A stretch of DNA of 64,000 nt, from assembly GCA_964016885.1 (NCBI GenBank), contig OZ024740.1:290346001-290410000 (forward strand), in the 5' to 3' direction. The position numbers and the translations under genes are program-made. Positions within the stretch are counted from its first letter, which is position 1. Each line of letters starts with the position of its first letter. Source of the DNA: Eledone cirrhosa (Eukaryota). Under the pieces are notes generated by a model. The model saw only the letters and a list, made by a program, of their open reading frames with translations. It was not told the DNA's origin and ran no database searches. This document shows, in pieces, positions 21,501 through 36,700 of the stretch.

Positions 21501-24500
21501 GCTTCTGCTGTTGGAGTTGTTGATGTTGTCATTGATAATACTGTTATTACAGTTGTTGTTACTCTTGCTTCTGTTGTTGGAGTTGTTGATGTTGTCATTG
21601 ATATTGCTGTTATTACTGTTGTTGTTACTCTTGCTTCTGCTGTTGGAGTTGTTGATGTTGTCATTGATATTGCTGTTATTACAGTTGTTGTTACTCTTGC
21701 TTCTGTTGTTGGAGTTGTTGATGTTGTCAGTGATATTGCTGTTATTACTTTTGTTGTTACTCTTGCTTCTGCTGTTGGAGTTGTTGATGTTGTCATTGAT
21801 ATTGCTGTTATTACTGTTGTTGTTACATTGCTTCTGTTGTTGGTGTTGTTGATCTTGTCATTGATATTGCTGTTATTAATGTTGTTGTTATCCTTCCTTC
21901 TGTTGTTGGAGTTGTTGATGTTGTCATTGATATGCTGTTATTAATGTTGTTGTTATCCTTACTTCTGTTGTTGGTGTTGTTGATGTTGTCATTGATATTG
22001 CTATTATTACTGTTGTTCTTACTCTTGCTTCTGTTGTTGGAGTTGTTGATGTTGTCATTGATATTGCTCTTATTGCTGTTGTTGTTATTCTTGATTCTGT
22101 TGTTGGAGTTGTTGATGTTGTCATTGATATTGCTGTTATTACTGTTGTTCTTACTCTTGCTTCTGTTGTTGGTGTTGTTGATGTTGTCGTTGATGTTGCT
22201 GTTATTACTGTTGTTGTACTCTAACTTCTGTTGTTGGAGGTGTTGATGTTGTCATTCATATTGCTGTTATTACTGTTGTTGTACTCTTACTTCTGTTGTT
22301 GGAGTTGTTGATGTTGTCATTCATATTGCTGTTATTACTGTTGTTGTACTCTTACTTCTGCTGTTGGAGTTGTTGATGTTGTCATTGATATTGCTGTTAT
22401 TACTGTTGTTGTTACTCTTACTTCTGTTGTTGGAGTTGTTGATGTTGTCATTCATATTGCTGTTATTACTGTTGTTGTACTCTTACTTCTGTTGTTGGAG
22501 ATGTTGATGTTGTCATTGATATTGCTGTTATTACTCGTGTTTATACTCTTGCTTCTGTTGTTGGAGTTGTTGATGTTGTCATTGATACTGCTGTTATTAC
22601 TGTTGTTGTTACTCTTGCTTCTGTTGTTGGAGTTGTTGATGTCATTCATATTGCTGTTATTACTGTTGTTGTTACTCTTGCTTGTGTTGTTGGTGTTGTT
22701 GATGTTGTCATTGATATCGATGTTATTACTGTTATTGTTACTCTTGCTTCTGTAGTTTGAGTTGCTGATGTTGTCATTGATATTACTGTTATTGCTGTTG
22801 TTACTATTGCTTCTGTTGTTGCAGTTGTTGATGTTGTCATTGATATTGCTGTTATTACAGTTATTGTTACACTGGCTTCTGTTGTTGGTGTTGTTGATGG
22901 TGTCATTGATATTGCTGTTATTGCTGTTGTTCTCACTCTTGCTTCTGTTGTTGCAGTTGTTGATGTTGACATTGATATTGCTGTTATTACTGTTGTTCTT
23001 ACTTTTGCTTCTGTTTTTGGAGTTGTTGATGTTGTCATTGATATTGCTGTTATTACTGTTGTTCTTACTCTTGCTTCTGTTGTTGGTGTTGTTGATGTTG
23101 TCATTGATATTGCTGTTATTACAGTTGTTGTTACACGTGCTTCTGTTGTTGGTGTTGTTGATTTTGTCATTGATATTGCTGTTATTACAGTTGTTCTTAA
23201 TTTATCTTCTGTTGTTGGAGTTGTTGATGTTGTCATTGATATTGCTGTTTTTGCTGCTGTTCTCACTCTTGCTTCTGTTGTTGGTGTTGTTGATGTTGTC
23301 ATTGATATTGCTGTTATTACTGTTGTTCTCACTATTGCTTCTGTTGTTGGAGTTGTTGATGTTGTCATTGATATTGCTGTTATTACTGATGTTGTTACTC
23401 TTGCTTCTGTTGTTGGAGTTGTTGATGATGTCATTGATATTGCTGTTACTACTCTTGTTCTTATCCTTGCTTCTGCTGTTGGAGTTGTTGATGTGGTCAT
23501 TGATATTGCTGTTATTACTGTTGTTCTCACTCTTGATTCTGTTGTTGGTGTTGTTGATGTTGTCATTGATATTGCTGTTATTACTGTTGTTGTTACTCTT
23601 GCTTCTGTTGTTGGAGATTTTGATGTTGTCATTGATATTGTCATTATTACTGTTGTCGTTACTCTTGCATCTGTTGTTGGAGATTTTGATGATGTCATTG
23701 ATATTGCTGTTATTACTGTTGTTGTTACTCTTGCTTCTGTTGTTGGAGATTTTGATGTTGTCATTGATATTGCTGTTATTACTGTTATTGTTACTCTTAC
23801 TTCTGCTGTTGGAGTTGTTGATGTTGTCATTGATATTGCTGTTATTACTGTTGTTGTTACTCTTGCTTCTGTTGTTGGAGTTGTTGATGTTGTTATTGAT
23901 ATTGCTGTTATTACTGATGTTATTACTCTTGCTTCTGTTGTTGGAGTTGTTGATGTTGTCATTGATATTGCTGTTATTACTGATGTTATTACTCTTGCTT
24001 CTGTGGGTGGAGTTGTTGATGTTGTCATTGATATTGCTGTTATTACTGTTGTTGTTACTCTTGCTTCTATTGTTGGAGTTGTTGATGTTGTCATTGATAT
24101 TGCTGTTATTACTGATGTTATTACTCTTGCTTCTGTTGTTGGAGTTGTTGATGTTGTCATTGATATTGCTGTTATTACTGTTGTTATTACTTCTGATTGT
24201 GTTGTTGGAGTTGTTGATGTTGTTATTGATATTGCTGTTATTACTGTTGTTATTACTTCTGATTGTGTTGTTGGAATTGTTGATGTTGTCATTGATATTG
24301 CTGTTATTACTGTTGTTGTTACTCTTGCTTCTGCAGTTGGAGTTGTTGATGTTGTCATTGATATTGCTGTTATTACTGTTGTTGTTACACTTGCTTCTGT
24401 TGCTGGTGTTGTTGATGTTGTCATTGATATTGCTGTTATTAATGTTGTTGTTATCCTTCCTTCTGTTGACGGAGTTGTTGATGTTGTTATTGATATTGCT

Positions 24501-27500
24501 ATTATTAATGTTGTTGTTATCCTTCCTTCTGTTGTTGGTGTTGTTGTTGATGTCATTGATATTGCTGTTATTACTATTGTTCTTACTCTTGCTTCTGTTG
24601 TTGGTGTTGTTGATGTTGTCATTGATATTGCTATTATTACTGTTGTTCTTACCCTTGCTTCTGTTTTTGGAATTGTTGATGTTGTCATTGATAATCCTGT
24701 TATTACAGTTGTTGTTACACTTGCTTCTGTTGTCGGTGTTGTTGATTTTGTCATTGATATTGCTGTTATTACTGTTGTTGTTACTCTTGCTTCTGTTGTT
24801 GTTGTTGTTGATTTTGTCATTGATATTGCTGTTATTACTGTTGTTCTTACTTTATCTTCTGTTGTTGGAGTTGTTGCTGTTGTCATTGATACTGCTGTTA
24901 TGACAGTTGTTGTTACACTTGCTTCTGTTGTTGGTGTTGTTGATGTTGTCATTGATATTGCTGTTATTGCTGTTGTTGTTACTTTTGCTTCTGTTGTTGG
25001 AATTGTTGATGTTGTCATTGATATTGTTGTTATTACTGTTGTTGTTACTCCTGCTTCTGTTTTGGAGTTGTTGATGATGTCATTGATATTGCTGTTATTA
25101 CTGTTGTTGTTACTCTTGCATCTGTTTTGGAGTTGTTGATGTTGTCATTGATATTGCTTTTATTATTGTTGTTGTTACTCTAGCTTCTGCTGTTGGAGTT
25201 GTTGATGTTGTCATTGATATTGCTGTTATTACTGTTGTTGTTACACTTGCTTCTGTTGCTGGTGTTGTTGATGTTGTCATTGATATTGCTGTTATTAATG
25301 TTGTTGTTATCCTTCCTTCTGTTGACGGAGTTGTTGATGTTGTTATTGATATTGCTATTATTAATGTTGTTGTTATCCTTCCTTCTGTTGTTGGTGTTGT
25401 TGTTGATGTCATTGATATTGCTGTTATTACTATTTTTCTTACTCTTGCTTCTGTTGTTGGAGTTGTTGATGTTGTCAATGATATTGCTGTTATTACTGTT
25501 GTTGTTACTCTTGCTTCTGTTGTTGGTGTTGTTGATGTTGTCATTGATATTGCTATTATTACTGTTGTTCTTACAATTGCTTCTGTTTTTGGAATTGTTG
25601 ATGTTGTCATTGATATTCCTGTTATTACTGTTGTTGTTACACTTGCTTCTGTTGTAGGTGTTGTTGATCTTGTCATTGATATTGCTGTTATTAATGTTGT
25701 TGTTTTCCTTCCTTCTGTTGTTGGAGTTGTTGATGTTGTCATTGATATGCTGTTATTAATGTTGTTGTTATCCTTACTTCTGTTGTTGGTGTTGTTGATG
25801 TTGTCATTGATATTGCTGTTATTACTGTTACTCTTGCTTTTGCTGTTGTGGTTGATGTTATCATTGATATTGCTATTATTACTGTTGTTCTTACTCTTGC
25901 TTCTGTTGTTGGAGTTGTTGATGTTGTCATTGATATTGCTCTTATTGCTGTTGTTGTTACTCTTGCTTCTGTTGTTGGTGTTGTTGATGTTGTCATTGAT
26001 GTTGCTGTTATTGCTGTTTTTCTCACTCTTGTTTCTGTTGTTGGAGTTGTTGATGTTGTCATTGATATTGCTGTTATTACTGTTGTTCTCACACTTGATT
26101 CTGTTGTTGCAGTTGTTGATGTTCTCATTGATATTGCAGTTATTACTGTTGTTGTTAGTCTTACTTCTGTTGTTGGAGTTGTTGATGTTGTCATTGATAT
26201 TGCTGTTATTACTGTTGTTGTACTCTAACTTCTGTTGTTGGAGGTGTTGATGTTGTCATTCATATTGCTGTTATTACTGTTGTTGTACTCTTACTTCTGC
26301 TGTTGGAGTTGTTGATGTTGTCATTGATATTGCTGTTATTACTCGTTTTTTACTCTTGCTTCTGTTGTTGGAGTTGTTGATGTTGTCATTGATACTGCTG
26401 TTATTACTGTTGTTGTTACTCTTGCTTCTGTTTTTGGAGTTGTTGATGTTGTCATTCATATTGCTGTTATTACTGTTGTTGTTACTCTTACTTCTGTTGT
26501 TGGAGTTGTTGATGTTGTCATTCATATTGCTGTTATTACTGTTGTTGTACTCTTACTTCTGCTGTTGGAGTTGTTGATGTTGTCATTGATACTGCTGTTA
26601 TTACTGTTGTTGTTACTCTTGCTTCTGTTTTTGGAGTTGTTGATGTCATTCATATTGCTGTTATTACTGTTGTTGTTACTCTTGCTTGTGTTCTTGGTGT
26701 TGTTGATGTTGTCATTGATATCGATGTTATTACTGTTGTTGTTACTCTAGCTTCTGTAGTTTGAGTTGCTGATGTTGTTATTGATATTACTGTTATTGCT
26801 GATGATACTACTGCTTCTGTTGTTGCAGTTGTTGATGTTGATATTGATATTGCTGTTATTACTGTTGTTGTTACTTTTGCTTTTGTTGTTGATGTTGTCA
26901 TTGATATTGCTGTTATTACAGTTATTGTTACACTGGCTTCTGTTGTTGGTGTTGTTGATGGTGTCATTGATATTGCTATTATTGCTGTTGTTCTCACTCA
27001 TGCTTCTGTTGTTGCAGTTGTTGATGTTGTCATTGATATTGCTGTTATTACTGTTGTTCTTACTTTTGCTTCTGTTTTTGGAGTTGTTGATGTTGTCATT
27101 GATATTGCTGTTATTACTGTTGTTCTTACTCTTGGTTCTGTTGTTGGTGTTGTTGATGTTGTCATTGATATTGCTGTTATTACTGTTGTTCTTACCCATG
27201 CTTCTGTTTTTGGAGTTGTTGATGTTGTCATTGATATTGCTGTTATTACAGTTGTTGTTACACGTGCTTCTGTTGTTGGTGTTGTTGATTTTGTCATTGA
27301 TATTGCTGTTATTACAGTTGTTCTTAATTTATCTTCTGTTGTTGGAGTTGTTGATGTTGTCATTGATATTGCTGTTATTCCTGTTGTTGTTACTCTTGCT
27401 TCTGTTGTTGGAGTTGTTGATGTTGTCATTGATATTGCTGTTATTACTGTTGTTGTTACACTTGCTTCTGTTGTTCGTGTTATTGATGTTGTCATTGATA

Positions 27501-30500
27501 TTGCTTTTATTAATGTTGTTGTTATACTTCCTTCTGTTGTTGGAGTTGTTGATGTCATCGATATTGATGTTATTACTGTTGTTGTTACTCTTGCTTCTGT
27601 TGTTGGACTTGTTGATGTTGTCATTGTTATTGCTGTTATTACTGTTGTTATTACTTCTGATTGTGTTGTTGGAGTTATTGATGTTGTCATTGATATTGCT
27701 GTTATTACTGTTGTTGTTACTCTTGCTTCTGTTGTTGGAGTTGTTGATGTTGTTTTTGATATTGCTGTTAATGCTGTTGTTCTTACTCTTGTTTCTCTTG
27801 TTGGAGTAGTTGATATTGTCATTGATATTGCTGTTCTTACTGTTGTTCTTACTCTTGCTTCTGTTGTTGGTGTTGTTGATATTGTCATTGATATTGCTGT
27901 TATTACTCTTGTTCTTACTCTTGCTTCTGTTGTTGGAGTTGTTGATGTTGTCATTGATATTGCTGTTATTACTGTTGTTATTACTTCTGATTGTGTGGTT
28001 GGAGTTGTTGATGTTGTCATTGATATTGCTGTTATTACTGTTGTTATTACTTCTGATTGTATTGTTGGAGTTGTTGATGTTGTCATTGATATTGCTGTTA
28101 TTACTGTTGTTGTTACTCTTGCTTCTGCTGTTGGAGTTGTTGATGTTGTCATTGATATTGCTGTTATTACTGTTGTTGTTACACTTGCTTCTGTTGCTGG
28201 TATTGTTGATGTTGTCATTGATATTGTTGTTATTAATGTTGTTGTTATCCTTCCTTCTGTTGACGGAGTTGTTGATGTTGTTATTGATATTGCTATTATT
28301 AATGTTGTTGTTATCCTTCCTTCTGTTGTTGTTGTTGTTGTTGATGTCATTGATATTGCTGTTATTACAATTGTTCTTACTCTTGCTTCTGTTGTTGGAG
28401 TTGTTGATGTTGTCAATGATATTGCTGTTATTACTGTTGTTGTTACTCTTGCTTCTGTTGTTGGTGTTGTTGATGTTGTCATAGATATTGCTATTATTAC
28501 TGTTGTTCTTACCCTTGCTTCTGTTTTTGGAATTGTTGATGTTGTCATTGATATTCCTGTTATTACAGTTGTTGTTACTCTTGCTTCTGTTGTTGGTGTT
28601 GTTGATGTTGTCATTGATATTGCTGTTATTGCTGTTGTTGTTACTTTTGCTTCTGTTTTGGCGTTGTTGATGATGTCATTGATATTGTTGTTATTAATGT
28701 TGTTGTTACTCTTGCTTCTGTTTTTGGAGATGTTGATGTTGTCATTGATATTGCTGTTATTACTGTTGTTGTTACTATTGCTTCTGTTGTTGGAGTTGTT
28801 GATGTTGTCATTGATATTGCTGTTATTACTGTTGTTATTACTTCTGATTGTGTTGTTGGAGTTGTTGATGTTGTCATTGATATTGCTGTTATTACTGTTG
28901 TTGTTACACTTGCTTCTGTTGCTGGTGTTGTTGATGTTGTCATTGATATTGCTGTTATTAATGTTGTTGTTATCCTTCCTTCTGTTGACGGAGTTGTTGA
29001 TGTTGTTATTGATATTGCTATTATTAATGTTGTTGTTATCCTTCCTTCTGTTGTTGGTGTTGTTGTTGATGTCATTGATATTGCTGTTATTACTATTGTT
29101 CTTACACTTGCTTCTGTTGTTGGAGTTGTTGATGTTGTCAATGATATTGCTGTTATTACTGTTGTTGTTACTCTTGCTTCTGTTGTTGGTGTTGTTGATG
29201 TTGTCGTTGATATTGCTGTTATTACTGTTGTTCTTACCCTTGCTTCTGTTTTTGGAGTTGTTGATGTTGTCATTGACATTCCTGTTATTACAGTTGTTGT
29301 TACACTTGCTTCTGTTGTTGGTGTTGTTGATGTTGTCATTGATATTGCTGTTATTACTGTTGTTGTTACTCTTGCTTCTGTTGTTGGTGTTGTTGATTTT
29401 GTCATTGATATTGCTGTTATTACTGTTGTTCTTACTTTATCTTCTGTTGTTGGAGTTGTGGATGTTGTCATTGATACTGCTGTTATTACACTTGTTGTTA
29501 CACTTGCTTCTGTTGTTCGTGTTGTTGATGTTGTCATTGATATTGTTGTTATTAATGTTGTTACACTTGCTTCTGTTTTTTGAGATGTTGATGTTGTCAT
29601 TGATATTGCTGTTATTACTGTTGTTGTTACTATTGCTTCTGTTGTTGGAGTTGTTGATGTTGTAATTGATATTGCTGTTATTACTGTTGTTGTTACTCTC
29701 TTTTCTGTTGTTGGAGTTGTTGATGTTGTAATTGATATTGATGTTATTACTGTTGTTGTCACTCTGCTTCTGTTGTTGGAGTTGTTGATGTTGTCATTGA
29801 TATTGCTGTTATTACTGTTGTTCTTACTCCTGCTTCTGTTGTTGGTGTTGTTGATGTTGTCATTGATATTGCTGTTATTACTGTTGTTGTTACTCTTGCT
29901 TCTGTTCTTGGAGTTGTTGATGTTGTCATTGATATTGCTGTTATTACTGTTGTTCTTACCCTTGCTTCTGTTGTTGGAGTTGTTGATGTTGTCATTGATA
30001 TTGCTGTTTTTGCTGTTGTTCTCACTCTTGCTTCTGTTGTTGGTGTTGTTGATGTTGTCATTGATATTGCTGTTATTACTGTTGTTCTCACTATTGCTTC
30101 TGTTGTTGGAGTTGTTGATGTTGTCATTGATATTGCTGTTATTACTGATGTTGTTACTCTTGCTTCTGTTGTTGGAGTTGTTGATGTTGTCATTGATATT
30201 GCTGTTACTACTCTTGTTCTTATCCTTGCTTCTGCTGTTGGAGTTGTTGATGTGGTCATTGATATTGCTGTTATTACTGTTGTTCTCACTCTTGATTCTG
30301 TTGTTGGTGTTGTTGATGTTGTCATTGATATTGCTGTTATTACTGTTGTTGTTACTCTTGCTTCTGTTGTTGGAGATTTTGATGTTGTCATTGATATTGC
30401 CATTATTACTGTTGTTGTTACTCTTGCTTCTGTTGTTGGAGATTTTGATGTTGTCATTGATATTGCTGTTATTACTGTTGTTGTTACTGTTGCTTCTGTT

Positions 30501-30709
30501 GTTGGAGATTTTGATGTTGTCATTGATATTGCTGTTATTACTGTTATTGTTACTCTTACTTCTGCTGTTGGAGTTGTTGATGTTGTCATTGATATTGCTG
30601 TTATTACTGTTGTTGTTACTCTTGCTTCTGTTGTTGGAGTTGTTGATGTTGTCATTGATATTGTTGTTATTACTGTTGTTGTTACTCTTGCTTCTGTTGT
30701 TGGAGTTGT

Positions 30710-33700
30710 TCATGTTGTCATTGATATTGCTGTTACTACTCTTGTTCTTATCCTTGCTTCTGCTGTTGGAGTTGTTGATGTGGTCATTGATATTGCTGTT
30801 ATTACTGTTGTTCTCACTCTTGATTCTGTTGTTGGTGTTGTTGATGTTGTCATTGATATTGCTGTTATTACTGTTGTTGTTACTCTTGCTTCTGTTGTTG
30901 GAGATTTTGATGTTGTCATTGATATTGCTGTTATTACTGTTATTGTTACTCTTACTTCTGCTGTTGGAGTTGTTGATGTTGTCATTGATATTGCTGTTAT
31001 TACTGTTGTTGTTACTCTTGCTTCTGTTGTTGGAGTTGTTGATGTTGTCATTGATATTGTTGTTATTACTGTTGTTGTTACTCTTGCTTCTGTTGTTGGT
31101 GTTGTTGATGTTGTCATTGATATTGCTGATATTACTGTTGTTGTTACTCTTGCTTCTGTTGTTGGAGTTGTTGATGTTGTCATTGATATTGCTGATATTA
31201 CTGTTGTTGTTACTCTTACTTCTGTTGTTGGAGTTGTTGATGTTGTCATTGATATTGCTGTTATTACTGATGTTATTACTCTTGCTTCTGTTGTTGGAGT
31301 TGTTGATGTTGTCATTGATATTGCTGTTATTACTGATGTTATTAGTCTTGCTTCTGTTGTTGGAGTTGTTGATGTTGTCATTGATATTGCTGTTATTACT
31401 GTTGTTGTTACTCTTACTTCTGCTGTTGGTGTTGTTGATGTTGTCATTGATATTGTTGTTATTACCGTTGTTATTACTCTTGCTTCTGATGTTGGAGTTG
31501 TTGATGTTGTCATTGATATTGCTGTTATTACTGTTGTTCTTACCCTTGATTCTGTTTTTGGAGTTGTTGATGTTGTCATTGATATTGCTGTTATTACTGA
31601 TGTTGTTACTCTTGCTTCTGTTATTGGAGTTGTTGATGTTGTCATTGATATTGCTGTTACTACACTTGTTCTTATCCTTGCTTCTGCTGTTGGTGTTGTT
31701 GATGTTGTCATTGATATTGCTGTTATTACTGATGTTATTACTCTTGCTTCTGATGTTGGAGTTCTTGATGTTGTCATTGATATTGCTGTCATTGCTGTTG
31801 TTGTTACTCCTCCTTCTGTTGTTGGAGATTTTGATGTTGTCATTGATATTGCTGTTATTACTGTTGTTGTTACTCTTGCTTCTGATATTGGAGATTTTGA
31901 TGTTGTCATTGATATTGCTGTTATTACTGTTGTTGTTACTCTTGCTTCTGTTGTTGGTGTTGTTGATGTTATCATTGATATTGCTGTTATAACTGATGTT
32001 ATTACTCTTGCTTCTGTTGTTGGAGTTGTTGATGTTGTCATTGATATTGCTGTTATTACTGATGTTATTACTCTTGCTTCTGTTGTTGGAGTTGTTGATG
32101 TTGTCATTGATATTGCTGTTATTACTGTTGTTGTTACTCTTGCTTCTGTTGTTGGTGTTGTTGATGTTATCATTGATATTGCTGTTATTACTGATGTTAT
32201 TACTCTTGCTTCTGTTGTTGGAGTTGTTGATGTTGTCATTGATATTGCTGTTATTACTGATGTTATTACTCTTGCTTCTGTTGTTGGAGTTGTTGATGTT
32301 GTCATTGATATTGCTGTTATTACTGTTGTTGTTACTCTTGCTTCTGTTGTTGGTGTTGTTGATGTTATCATTGATATTGCTGTTATTACTGATGTTATTA
32401 CTCTTGCTTCTGTTGTTGGAGTTGTTGATGTTGTCATTGATATTGCTGTTATTACTGATGTTATTACTCTTGCTTCTGTTGTTGGAGTTGTTGATGTTGT
32501 CATTGATATTGCTGTTATTACTGTTGTTGTTACTCTTGCTTCTGTTGTTGGAGTTGTTGATGTTGTCATTGATATTGCTGTTATTACTGATGTTATTACT
32601 CTTGCATCTGTTGTTGGAGTTGTTGATGTTGTCATTGATATTGCTGTTATTACTGTTGTTGTTACTCTTGCTTCTGTTGTTGGAGTTGTTGATGTTGTCA
32701 TTGATATTGCTGTTATTACTGATGTTATTACTCTTGCTTCTGTTGTTGGAGTTGTTGATGTTGTCATTGATATTGCTGTTATTACTGATGTTATTAGTCT
32801 TGCTTCTGTTGTTGGAGTTGTTGATGTTGTCATTGATATTGCTGTTATTACTGATGTTATTACTCTTGCTTCTGTTGTTGGAGTTGTTGATGTTGTCATT
32901 GATATTGCTGTTATTACTGATGTTATTACTCTTGCTTCTGATGTTGGAGTTGTTGATGTTGTCATTGATATTGTTGTTATTACTGTTGTTGTTACTCTTG
33001 CTTCTGCTGTTGGTGTTGTTGATGTTGTCATTGATATTGCTGTTATTACTGATGTTATTACTCTTGCTTCTGATGTTGGAGTTCTTGATGTTGTCATTGA
33101 TATTGCTGTTATTACTGTTGTTGTTACTCTTGCTTCTGTTGTTGGAGTTGTTGATGTTGTCATTGATATTGCTGTTATTACTGTTGTTGTTACTTTTGCT
33201 TCTGTTGTTGGAGTTGTTGATGTTGTCAGTGATATTGCTGTTATTACTGTTATTGTTACTCTTGCTTCTGTTGTTGGAGTTGTTGATGTTGTCATTGATA
33301 TTGCTGTTATTACTGTTGTTGTTACTCTTGCTTCTGTTGGTGGAGTTGTTGATGTTGTCATTGATATTGCAGTTATTACTGTTGTTCTTACTATTGCTTC
33401 TGTTGTTGGAGTTATTGATGTTGTCATTGATATTGCTGTTATTAATGTTGTTCTCACTCTTGCTTCTGTTGTTGGAGTTGTTAATTTTGTCATTGATATT
33501 GCTGTTATTGCTGTTGTTGTTATTCTTGCTTCTGCTGTTGGAGTTGTTAATGTTGTCATTGATATTGCTGTTATTACTGTTGTTGTTACTCTTGCTTCTG
33601 TTGTTGGAGTTGTTGATGTTGTCATTGATATTGCTGTTATTACTGTTGTTGTTACTCTTGCTTCTGTTGGTGGAGTTGTTGATGTTTTCATTGATATTGC

Positions 33701-36700
33701 TGATATTACTGTTGTTGTTACTCTTGCTTCTGTTGTTGGAGTTGTTGATGTTGTCATTGATATTGCTGTTATTACTGTTGTTGTTACTCTTGCTTCTGTT
33801 GTTGGAGTTGTTGATGTTTTCATTGATATTGCTGTTATTACTGTTGTTGTTACTCTTGCTTCTGTTGTTGGAGTTGTTGATGTTGTCAGTGATATTGCTG
33901 ATATTACTGTTGTTGTTACTCTTGCTTCTGTTGTTGGAGTTGTTGATGTTGTCATTGATATTGCTGATATTACTGTTGTTGTTACTCTTGCTTCTGTTGT
34001 TGGGGTTGTTGATGTTGTCATTGATATTGCTGATATTACTGTTGTTGTTACTCTTGCTTCTGTTGTTGGAGTTGTTGATGTTGTCAGTGATATTGCTGTT
34101 ATTACTGATGTTATTACTCTTGCTTCTGATGTTGGAGTTGTTGATGTTGTCATTGATATTGCTGTTATTACTGTTGTTGTTACTCTTGCTTCTGTTGTTG
34201 GAGTTGTTGATGTTGTCATTGATATTGCTGATATTACTGTTGTTGTTACTCTTGCTTCTGTTGTTGGAGTTGTTGATGTTGTCATTGATATTGCTGTTAT
34301 TGCTGTTGTTGTTACTCTTGCTTCTGTTGGTGGAGTTGTTGATGTTGTCATTGATATTGCTGTTATTACTGTTGTTGTTACTCTTGCTTCTGTTGTTGGA
34401 GTTGTTGATGTTGTCATTGATATTGCTGTTATTACTGTTGTTGTTACTCTTGCTTCTGTTGTTGGAGTTGTTGATGTTGTCATTGATATTGCTGTTATTA
34501 CTGTTGTTGTTACTCTTGCTTCTGTTGTTGGAGTTGTTGATGTTGTCAGTGATATTGCTGATATTACTGTTGTTGTTACTCTTGCTTCTGCTGTTGGAGT
34601 TGTTGATGTTGTCATTGATATTGCTGATATTACTGTTGTTGTTACTCTTACTTCTGTTGTTGGGGTTGTTGATGTTGTCATTGATATTGCTGATATTACT
34701 GTTGTTGTTACTCTTGCTTCTGTTGTTGGAGTTGTTGATGTTGTCATTGATATTGGTGATATTACTGTTGTTGTTACTCTTGCTTCTGCTGTTGGAGTTG
34801 TTGATGTTGTCATTGATATTGCTGTTATTACTGTTGTTGTTACTCTTGCTTCTGTTGTTGGAGTTGTTGATGTTGTCATTGATATTGCTGATATTACTGT
34901 TGTTGTTACTCTTGCTTCTGTTGTTGGAGTTGTTGATGTTGTCATTGATATTGCTGTTATTGCTGTTGTTGTTACTCTTGCTTCTGTTGGTGGAGTTGTT
35001 GATGTTGTCATTGATATTGCTGTTATTGCTGTTGTTGTTACTCTTGCTTCTGTTGGTGGAGTTGTTGATGTTGTCATTGATATTGCTGATATTACTGTTG
35101 TTGTTACTCTTGCTTCTGTTGTTGGAGTTGTTGATGTTGTCATTGATATTGCTGTTATTACTGATGTTGTTACTCTTCCTTCTGTTGTTGGAGTTGTTGA
35201 TGTTGTCATTGATATTGTTGTTATTACTGTTGTTGTTACTCTTGCTTCTGTTGTTGGGGTTGTTGATGTTGTCATTGATATTGCTGATATTACTGTTGTT
35301 ATTACTCTTGCTTCTGTTGTTGGTGTTGTTGATGTTGTCATTGATATTGCTGTTATTACTGTTGTTGTTACTCTTGCTTCTGTTGTTGGAGTTGTTGATG
35401 TTGTCATTGATATTGCTGTTATTACTGTTGTTGTTACTCTTGCTTCTGTTGTTGGAGTTGTTGATGTTGTCATTGATATTGCTGTTATTACTGATGTTAT
35501 TACTCTTGCTTCTGTTGTTGGAGTTGTTGATGTTGTCATTGATATTGCTGTTATTACTGATGTTATTAGTCTTGCTTCTGCTGTTGGTGTTGTTGATGTT
35601 GTCATTGATATTGCTGTTAATACTGATGTTATTACTCTTGCTTCTGATGTTGGAGTTGTTGATGTTGTCATTGATATTGTTGTTATTACTGTTGTTATTA
35701 CTCTTGCTTCTGTTGTTGGAGTTGTTGATGTTGTCATTGATATTGCTGTTATTACTGTTATTGTTACTCTTACTTCTGCTGTTGGAGTTGTTGATGTTGT
35801 CATTGATATTGCTGTTATTACTGTTGTTGTTACTCTTGCTTCTGTTGTTGGAGTTGTTGATGTTGTCATTGATATTGTTGTTATTTCTGTTGTTGTTACT
35901 CTTGCTTCTGTTGTTGGTGTTGTTGATGTTGTCATTGATATTGCTGTTATTACTGTTGTTGTTACTCTTGCTTCTGTTGTTGGAGTTGTTGATGTTGTCA
36001 TTGATATTGCTGATATAACTGTTGTTGTTACTCTTGCTTCTGTTGTTGGAGTTGTTGATGTTGTCATTGATATTGCTGTTATTACTGATGCTATTACTCT
36101 TGCTTCTGTTGTTGGATTTGTTGATGTTGTCATTGATATTGCTGTTATTACTGTTGTTGTTACTCTTGCTTCTGTTGTTGGAGTTGTTGATGTTGTCATT
36201 GATATTGCTGATATTACTGTTGTTGTTACTCTTGCTTCTGTTGTTGGAGTTGTTGATGTTGTCATTGATATTGCTGATATTACTGTTGTTGTTACTCTTA
36301 CTTCTGTTGTTGGAGTTGTTGATGTTGTCATTGATATTGCTGTTATTACTGATGTTATTACTCTTGCTTCTGTTGTTGGAGTTGTTGATGTTGTCATTGA
36401 TATTGCTGTTATTACTGATGTTATTAGTCTTGCTTCTGTTGTTGGAGTTGTTGATGTTGTCATTGATATTGCTGTTATTACTGTTGTTGTTACTCTTACT
36501 TCTGCTGTTGGTGTTGTTGATGTTGTCATTGATATTGTTGTTATTACCGTTGTTATTACTCTTGCTTCTGATGTTGGAGTTGTTGATGTTGTCATTGATA
36601 TTGCTGTTATTACTGTTGTTCTTACCCTTGATTCTGTTTTTGGAGTTGTTGATGTTGTCATTGATATTGCTGTTATTACTGATGTTGTTACTCTTGCTTC